Shown here: one piece after another, positions 57,966 through 64,000 of the stretch
Numbering within the stretch: the first letter of the stretch is position 1
Layout: the number at the start of each line of letters is the position of its first letter
Assembly (NCBI GenBank): GCA_963812135.1
Contig: CAWETU010000001.1
Coordinates: 1,088,001-1,152,000 of the forward strand
Length of the DNA: 64,000 nt
DNA from: Vulcanimicrobiota bacterium
GTDB taxonomy: Bacteria > Vulcanimicrobiota > Vulcanimicrobiia > Eremiobacterales > Eremiobacteraceae
Direction of reading: 5' to 3'
Made by a program: the position numbers and the translations under genes
The notes under the pieces: model-generated
What the model was told of the DNA's origin: nothing
The model's input: only the letters and a program-made list of their open reading frames with translations
Databases searched by the model: none

Positions 57966-60014
57966 TTACGTGAAGTGGAGCAGCGCGAGCAGCATGTCGA
58001 TCGCCTTGATGCCGATGAAGGGGACGATCACGCCACCGACGCCGTAGAGAAGAACATTGTTGCGCAGCACGATGTTCGCGCCGATCGGCCGGTACGCGAC
58101 GCCGCGCAGCGCGAGCGGGATCAACGCCACGATGATGAGGGCGTTGAAGATGACCGCTGAGAGGATCGCGCTCGACGGATTCAACCGCATAATGTTAAGC
58201 GCGTTGATCACCGGATACGCGACGCCGAACATGACGGGCAAGATCGCGAAGTATTTCGCCACGTCGTTGGCGATCGAGAACGTCGTCAGCGCGCCGCGCG
58301 TCATCAGCAGCTGTTTGCCGATCTCGACGATCTCGATGAGCTTGGTGGGATCGGAATCCAGATCCACCATGTTGGCCGCTTCTTTGGCCGCCTGCGTGCC
58401 CGAGTTCATCGCGACGCCGACGTCCGCTTGGGCGAGCGCGGGCGCGTCGTTCGTGCCGTCGCCGGTCATGGCGACGAGCCGGCCGCTCTCCTGCTCGCGC
58501 TTGATCAACGACATCTTGGTCTCGGGCGTGGCTTCAGCGAGGAAGTCGTCGACGCCTGACTCGCGCGCGATCGTGCCCGCGGTGAGCGGGTTGTCGCCCG
58601 TGATCATGATCGTGCGGATGCCCATGGCGCGCAGCCGGTCGAAGCGCTGCTGCATCGCGGGCTTGAGGATGTCTTTGAGCTGGATGACGGCCAGCACTTT
58701 GCCGTCTTGCGCCAGCAATAACGGAGTGCCGCCGGCGCGCGCGATGCGCTCGACGTCGGCGCCGAGCACGTCGCCGCTGTCGCCGCCGCGCTCGCGCGCC
58801 CACGCGCGGATCGCGTCGGGCGCGCCCTTGCGGATGGAGGGTCCGCCCGCGATGTCGACGCCGCTCATGCGCGTGTACGCGGAGAACGTCACGAACGTCG
58901 CCTCTTGCGGCTTGCCGGCGAGCGCCGCGCCGAACTGCTCCGCGAGCACGACGATCGAGCGGCCTTCCGGGGTCTCGTCCGACAGCGAGGAAAGGTACGC
59001 CGCGCGTGCGACGTCTTCAATGGCCACGCCGGGCGCCGGCAAGAACTCCGTGGCTTGCCGATTGCCGAGGGTGATCGTGCCGGTCTTGTCGAGCAACAGA
59101 GTGTCGACGTCGCCGGCGGCTTCCACTGCGCGGCCGCTCATCGCAAGCACGTTGCGCTGCAGCACGCGATCCATGCCGGCGATGCCAATGGCCGAGAGCA
59201 GACCGCCGATGGTGGTCGGGATCAAGCACACGAGCAGGGCGATCAGCACGGTGACCGATTGCGCCGTGCCGGCATAGAGGGAGAACGGCGACAGCGTCGC
59301 GACCGCGACGAGGAAGATGATCGTGAGGCCAGAGATCAGGATCGACAGCGCGATCTCGTTCGGCGTCTTCTGGCGCTTGGCGCCTTCGACCAACGCGATC
59401 ATGCGGTCGAGGAACGCCTCGCCGGGATTGGCGGTGACTTGTACCAGGATTGCATCCGAAAGCACTCGCGTGCCGCCCGTCACCGAACTGCGATCGCCGC
59501 CCGCTTCGCGGATGACGGGCGCAGACTCGCCGGTGATCGCCGATTCGTCGACCGTCGCCGCACCCTCGACCACGTCCCCGTCGGCCGCGATCAGTTCGCC
59601 CGCGACCACGCGGAACACGTCGCCTTTGTGCAGGTCGGTCGAGCTGACGGTCTCCTCGCGGCCGTCGACGATGCGCCGCGCCTTGGTGTCGGTCTTGGTG
59701 CGCCGCAAGAAGTCGGCCTGGGCCTTGCCGCGTCCTTCGGCGACGGCCTCGGCGAAGTTCGCGAACAAGACGGTGAACCACAGCCAGATCGAGATGGCGA
59801 AATCAAAGCCTGCCGGACCGTGCGTGCGCAGATCGCGGAAGAAGAACCCCAGCGTGACGAGCGCGCCGATCTCGCAGACGAACATGACCGGATTGCGGAA
59901 CTGCCAGCGCGGATCGAGCTTGCGGAACGAATCGACGACCGCGCGCGTCAGGATCGCGCGGTCGAAGAGCGAGCGCGCTTTGGGCCGGCGCTCGAGCCGT
60001 CGCTCCGAGATCAT
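57966..60014 (-). CDS. kdpB: K+-transporting ATPase subunit B
   Basis: [28 protein letters not shown]. Confidence 0.98.
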   Translation of the reverse strand: MISERRLERRPKARSLFDRAILTRAVVDSFRKLDPRWQFRNPVMFVCEIGALVTLGFFFRDLRTHGPAGFDFAISIWLWFTVLFANFAEAVAEGRGKAQADFLRRTKTDTKARRIVDGREETVSSTDLHKGDVFRVVAGELIAADGDVVEGAATVDESAITGESAPVIREAGGDRSSVTGGTRVLSDAILVQVTANPGEAFLDRMIALVEGAKRQKTPNEIALSILISGLTIIFLVAVATLSPFSLYAGTAQSVTVLIALLVCLIPTTIGGLLSAIGIAGMDRVLQRNVLAMSGRAVEAAGDVDTLLLDKTGTITLGNRQATEFLPAPGVAIEDVARAAYLSSLSDETPEGRSIVVLAEQFGAALAGKPQEATFVTFSAYTRMSGVDIAGGPSIRKGAPDAIRAWARERGGDSGDVLGADVERIARAGGTPLLLAQDGKVLAVIQLKDILKPAMQQRFDRLRAMGIRTIMITGDNPLTAGTIARESGVDDFLAEATPETKMSLIKREQESGRLVAMTGDGTNDAPALAQADVGVAMNSGTQAAKEAANMVDLDSDPTKLIEIVEIGKQLLMTRGALTTFSIANDVAKYFAILPVMFGVAYPVINALNIMRLNPSSAILSAVIFNALIIVALIPLALRGVAYRPIGANIVLRNNVLLYGVGGVIVPFIGIKAIDMLLALLHFT

Positions 60015-61715
60015 CTAAAACGTCTTTCCTTGCAGCATGAGGAGATGTTCCACGATCGGGCCGAGCGCGTCGGCTGGGAAGAACGTGAGCGCGCCGACGA
60101 TGACGATCACGCCGAGGAGCAGGCCGACGAAGATCGGCGAGTGCGTCTGGAACGTGCCGGTGGTCTCCGGCGTCCGCGGCTTGCCGGCGAGCGATCCCGC
60201 CAGCAGCACCGCCGGGATGAGGAACAAGAATCTGCCGCACAGCATCACGACGCCCATCACGATGTTGAAGTACAGGTTGCCGCCCAGACCGGCGAACGCG
60301 CTGCCGTTGTTCTCGGTGGTCGACGTGAAACCGTAGAGCAGCTCCGAGAACCCGTGCGCGCTCGCGTTTCCGAGCGTGGCAGTACCGGCCGGCACCAACA
60401 CCGAGATCGCGACCGGAATAAGCGCGAAGAACGGCAGCACGAGTGCTCCGAGGATCGCGAGCTGCACTTGGTTGCGCTCGATCTTCTTGCCGAGATACTC
60501 AGGCGTGCGCCCGACCATCAGTCCGGCGATGAACACCGTGAGCACGACGAAAAGGATCATGCCGTACAAGCCCGTGCCGACGCCGCCAAATACCACCTCG
60601 CCCAACTGCATGTTCACAAGCGGCACGAGGCCGCCGAGCGGCGTGAACGAGTCGTGCATCGAGTTGACCGCGCCGCACGACGTATCCGTGGTGACCGTCG
60701 CGAACAGCGAAGATGCGCCGATGCCGAAGCGGCACTCTTTGCCTTCCATGTTGCCGCCGGCGACACCGAGCGCGTGAACCGTCGGATTGCCCGCTGCTTC
60801 AGCGGCGTACGCGACCGCGAATCCGGCGGCGAACAGGATCGCCATCGCGACGAACAGCGCCCAGCCCTGGCGCTGATCCTTCGCGTAGCGGCCGTAGGTG
60901 TACGTCAGCCCCGCGCCGATCGCGAAGATGAGGAACATCTCGAACAGGTTGCTGAACGGCGTCGGGTTCTCGTTGGGCGACGCGGAGTTCGCGTTGACGA
61001 AGCCGCCGCCGTTGGTGCCGAGCTCCTTGATCACTTCTTGCGACGCCATCGGCCCGCCGGTCAGCGACTGCTTGAAGCCTTCGATCGAGGCGACGTCCTG
61101 ATAGGAATGGAAGTTCTGCGGCACGCCCTGCCACACGAGCAGCAGACAGCCCACCACGCTGATGGGCACTAAGATGTAGAGCGCCGCGCGCGTGACGTCC
61201 ACCCAGAAGTTGCCGACCGTCGTCTTATCCGTGCGGCACACGCCGCGGATGACCGCGATCGCGATCGTGATGCCGACCGCTGCGGATGCGAAGTTGTGCC
61301 AGGCGAGACCGGCCATCTGCGAGAGATAGCTCATCGTGCTCTCGCCCGAATAGAACTGCCAGTTCGTGTTCGTCGTGAAGCTGACCGCGACGTTCCAGGC
61401 GTTGTCTGGGGTGAGATTGTCGAAGTGTTGCGGATTGAGCGGCAGCCATTTCTGAGTGCGCAGCAGCGCGTACAGATATGCGAGGCCGACGAGGCTAAAC
61501 GCGAGCGTTGCGAGCAAATAGGATGCCGCCGACATCTCCTTGGCCGGGTCGACGCGACACATGCGATAGATGAGCCGCTCGACCGGCGCGAGCACAGGCG
61601 TCAGAAGGGTGCGCCCGCCCTCGAACACGCGCTCCATGTACGATCCAAGCACGGGCGTGACCAGCACGACGAGCGCGAAAAAGACGAGGGCCTGAAGCCA
61701 GCCGTAGACGCTCAT
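60015..61715 (-). CDS. kdpA: K+-transporting ATPase subunit A
   Basis: SFTTNTNWQ, LGTNGGG, GAVNSMHDS, NNGSAFAG. Confidence 0.98.
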   Translation of the reverse strand: MSVYGWLQALVFFALVVLVTPVLGSYMERVFEGGRTLLTPVLAPVERLIYRMCRVDPAKEMSAASYLLATLAFSLVGLAYLYALLRTQKWLPLNPQHFDNLTPDNAWNVAVSFTTNTNWQFYSGESTMSYLSQMAGLAWHNFASAAVGITIAIAVIRGVCRTDKTTVGNFWVDVTRAALYILVPISVVGCLLLVWQGVPQNFHSYQDVASIEGFKQSLTGGPMASQEVIKELGTNGGGFVNANSASPNENPTPFSNLFEMFLIFAIGAGLTYTYGRYAKDQRQGWALFVAMAILFAAGFAVAYAAEAAGNPTVHALGVAGGNMEGKECRFGIGASSLFATVTTDTSCGAVNSMHDSFTPLGGLVPLVNMQLGEVVFGGVGTGLYGMILFVVLTVFIAGLMVGRTPEYLGKKIERNQVQLAILGALVLPFFALIPVAISVLVPAGTATLGNASAHGFSELLYGFTSTTENNGSAFAGLGGNLYFNIVMGVVMLCGRFLFLIPAVLLAGSLAGKPRTPETTGTFQTHSPIFVGLLLGVIVIVGALTFFPADALGPIVEHLLMLQGKTF

Positions 61716-61725
61716 GCCGGCGCTC

Positions 61726-61812
61726 CTAGAACTTCTCGGGGCGCAGCATCGCGTACGCCAAGTACCACAAGCCGAGCAGCGTGAGCACGAGCCCGATGAT
61801 CTGGTCGACCAC
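61726..61812 (-). CDS. kdpF: K+-transporting ATPase subunit F (28 aa, absent from the ORF track)
   Basis: MVDQIIGLVLTLLGLWYLAYAMLRPEKF, with the YL..AML.PEKF signature. Confidence 0.92.
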   Translation of the reverse strand: MVDQIIGLVLTLLGLWYLAYAMLRPEKF

Positions 61813-61896
61813 TTAGAGCCGCTCCAAGCCGACCGTGTAGCGGTCGAACGCGTAGAAGATCACGACGGTGCACACGATGAGGATGAGGTCGAGCAT
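61813..61896 (-). CDS. 27-aa hydrophobic peptide upstream of kdpF
   Basis: MLDLILIVCTVVIFYAFDRYTVGLERL; stop abuts the kdpF start. Confidence 0.7.
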   Translation of the reverse strand: MLDLILIVCTVVIFYAFDRYTVGLERL

Positions 61897-61931
61897 GCTG
61901 AAAACCCCGGCGGAGAATTTTGTCCACACGC

Positions 61932-61940
61932 ATCCTACCA
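61932..61940 (-). promoter_or_regulatory. Possible extended -10 promoter of the kdp operon
   Basis: TGGTAGGAT (TGn-TAGGAT) on the minus strand, about 35 nt before the first ATG. Confidence 0.35.
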
Positions 61941-62055
61941 CGCGGCGTGCGGCGGGGCCATCCGCCGAACGGTTCATCCATTTGGACGCCTGCTGCAAGC
62001 GCACCGGATGGGACGCGGGGACAAGCCGTCGAGCGCGCAGAAATGGCCTCGCGTA

Positions 62056-63366
62056 ATGGCAAAAGTGACCAGCAAGAACGCGGCGCGCAAGGCCGCTTAT
62101 CTCATGGACTGCGCCAAGACCTACTATCCCGAGCCGATCACGCTCGTCTCGGGCGATGGCGCGTACGTCATCGACGACGAGGGCCGCCGTTACCTCGATT
62201 TCTTCGCGGGCATCGCAGTGCTGGTCGCCGGGCACAACCATCCGAAGGTCACCGCTGCGGTGCACGATCAGGTCGACAAGATCGTCCACACCTCGACGCT
62301 ATATCTGAACGAACCGATGCTCGACCTGGCCGAGAAGCTCTCCGAACTCTCGCCGCCTGGGTTGGACAAAGTGTTCGTCGGCAACTCAGGCACCGAGGCG
62401 AACGAGCTCGCCGCCGTGCTCGCCCGCCACTTCACGAAGAACTCCGAATTCATCGCGCTCGCGCACGCCTATCACGGGCGCTCGGCGTGGACCGTCGGCA
62501 TCACCGGGCTCTCGGCGTGGCGCAACTTCGGCGGCGAGCCTTCCAAGATCGTGTTCGCGCCGAACGCGTACTGCTATCGCTGCCCGCTGAACCTGACCTA
62601 TCCGTCGTGCGAGATCGCCTGCGCCAAAGCGATCGAAGTGATCATCAAGACCGAAACATCAGGGCGCGTCGCCGGTTACTTCGCGGAGACCATCCAAGGC
62701 GTCGGCGGCATCATCACGCCGCCGCCGGAGTACTACGGCGTCGTCAAAGAGATTTTGGACCGGCACGGCATCCTGTTCATCGCGGATGAGGTGCAAACGG
62801 CTTGGGGCCGTCTCGGACACAACCTCTTCGGCATCAGCGATTGGGGCGTGACGCCCGACATCGTCACCTCCGCCAAGGGCCTGGGCAACGGGCTGCCGAT
62901 CTCGGTGGTCATCGCGCGCCGCGAGATCGCGGATGCCTATCAGGGTCCGCATATCAACACGTTCGGCGGCAACCCGCTGTCGTCGCGCGCGGCGGCGGCC
63001 ACCCTCGACGTCATCGAAACAGAAGGATTGACGGAGAACGCGCGCAGGGTCGGCGACCGATTGATGTCGCGGCTGCGCGCGCTTGGAGAGAAGCACGCGA
63101 TCGTCGGCGAGGTCCGCGGCCGCGGTTTGATGCTCGGCGTCGAGCTCGTGCGGGACCGCAAGACCAAGGAACCTGCGGGCGACGCGGCCGAGCGCGTGCT
63201 CAACGTCTGCAAGGACAAGGGACTGTTGATCGGGCGCGGCGGGTTGTATTCGAGCACGCTGCGGATCCAGCCGCCGCTGATCGTCAGCGCCGAACAGGCG
63301 GACGAAGCGGCGCGCATCTTCGACGAGGCGCTCGGCATCGCGTCAAAAGAGTTCGCACGCGCGTGA
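62056..63366 (+). CDS. Class III PLP-dependent aminotransferase
   Basis: YLDFFAGI, NSGTEAN, AYHG, IADEVQT, SAKGLGNG, NTFGGNP. Confidence 0.94.
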   Translation: MAKVTSKNAARKAAYLMDCAKTYYPEPITLVSGDGAYVIDDEGRRYLDFFAGIAVLVAGHNHPKVTAAVHDQVDKIVHTSTLYLNEPMLDLAEKLSELSPPGLDKVFVGNSGTEANELAAVLARHFTKNSEFIALAHAYHGRSAWTVGITGLSAWRNFGGEPSKIVFAPNAYCYRCPLNLTYPSCEIACAKAIEVIIKTETSGRVAGYFAETIQGVGGIITPPPEYYGVVKEILDRHGILFIADEVQTAWGRLGHNLFGISDWGVTPDIVTSAKGLGNGLPISVVIARREIADAYQGPHINTFGGNPLSSRAAAATLDVIETEGLTENARRVGDRLMSRLRALGEKHAIVGEVRGRGLMLGVELVRDRKTKEPAGDAAERVLNVCKDKGLLIGRGGLYSSTLRIQPPLIVSAEQADEAARIFDEALGIASKEFARA

Positions 63367-64000
63367 GCGGTTCGCCCGCCGAGCGGCGCACGCCGCACAT
63401 CGCCTACGAGCGCGGCGTGCTGCGGATCGTCGATCAGACCAAGCTGCCCGAAAGCGTCGAGGTGCTCTCGCTCGACTCCGCTCCTGCGGTCGCTGAGGCG
63501 ATCCGCGCGATGCGCGTGCGCGGCGCGCCGGCGATCGGCATCGCGGCGGCGTACGGCTTGGCGATCGCGTCGCTGGACGCGGCGGCGAAAGCGGACAGCC
63601 CCGATCACTTCCTCGGGCTCCTCTCGGACGCGGCGCAGGTGCTTGCCACCGCGAGACCCACCGCGGTGAATCTCACGTGGGCGGTCAACGGGTTGCTCAA
63701 CGAGGCGAAACGAGAGATCAACGCCGGCAACGCGCCGGCCGCCGTCGCCGCTCGGCTCGAAAAACACGCGGTACTGCTGCACGAAGAGGACGTCGCCGCG
63801 TGCCGGCGGATCGGCGACGCCGGGGAGGCGTTGTTGCCGGACGGCGTGACCGTCCTGACGCACTGCAACACAGGCGACTACGCGACCGGCGGCTATGGTA
63901 CCGCGCTGGGCGTGATCCGCTCGGCGTGGCGCTCGCGCAAGCTGCGCGCAGTGTTCGTCAACGAGACGCGCCCGCAACTTCAAGGCGCGCGGCTCACCGC
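63363..64000 (+). CDS. mtnA: S-methyl-5-thioribose-1-phosphate isomerase, 3' truncated
   Basis: DQTKLP, MRVRGAPAIG, ARPTAVNL, LTHCNTG, ETRPQLQGARLT. Confidence 0.95.
   Translation, partial: MSGSPAERRTPHIAYERGVLRIVDQTKLPESVEVLSLDSAPAVAEAIRAMRVRGAPAIGIAAAYGLAIASLDAAAKADSPDHFLGLLSDAAQVLATARPTAVNLTWAVNGLLNEAKREINAGNAPAAVAARLEKHAVLLHEEDVAACRRIGDAGEALLPDGVTVLTHCNTGDYATGGYGTALGVIRSAWRSRKLRAVFVNETRPQLQGARLT

Noticed and set aside
61897..62055. c-di-AMP (ydaO) riboswitch upstream of kdp
   Set aside because: No recognisable consensus elements, and the putative leader is too short.

Overview
High-GC chromosomal window from a probably diderm bacterium (it encodes outer-membrane beta-barrels). The Terrabacteria-like gene order suggests Eremiobacterota/Vulcanimicrobiota, but that is inference only. 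Most of it is housekeeping: topA-trmFO-hslV, pntAB, hslU, def-fmt-rsmB, FHA/PP2C/FtsW, dapD, pcrA, dapB-asd-dapG-dapA, liv ABC, comF, ribDE-BA-H, kdpFABC and mtnA. The most striking feature lies behind a tRNA-Gln/tRNA-Glu pair with a perfect sigma70 promoter: an integrase-free array of small AT-richer single-gene units (~450 bp). The units are separated by copies of the tRNA-Glu 3' half that start at the anticodon arm and diverge with distance; the third gene is a HEPN/MtlR-like protein with an RxxxxH motif. Also unusual are a split Kdp regulatory module (soluble tandem-duplicated KdpD sensor, separate GAF histidine kinase, NarL-type regulator), two micropeptides before kdpA, ribE without a canonical start codon, a VKOR lacking loop cysteines, and a 1015-aa pentapeptide-repeat membrane protein. 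Several +1 frameshifts in short homopolymers look like sequencing error.
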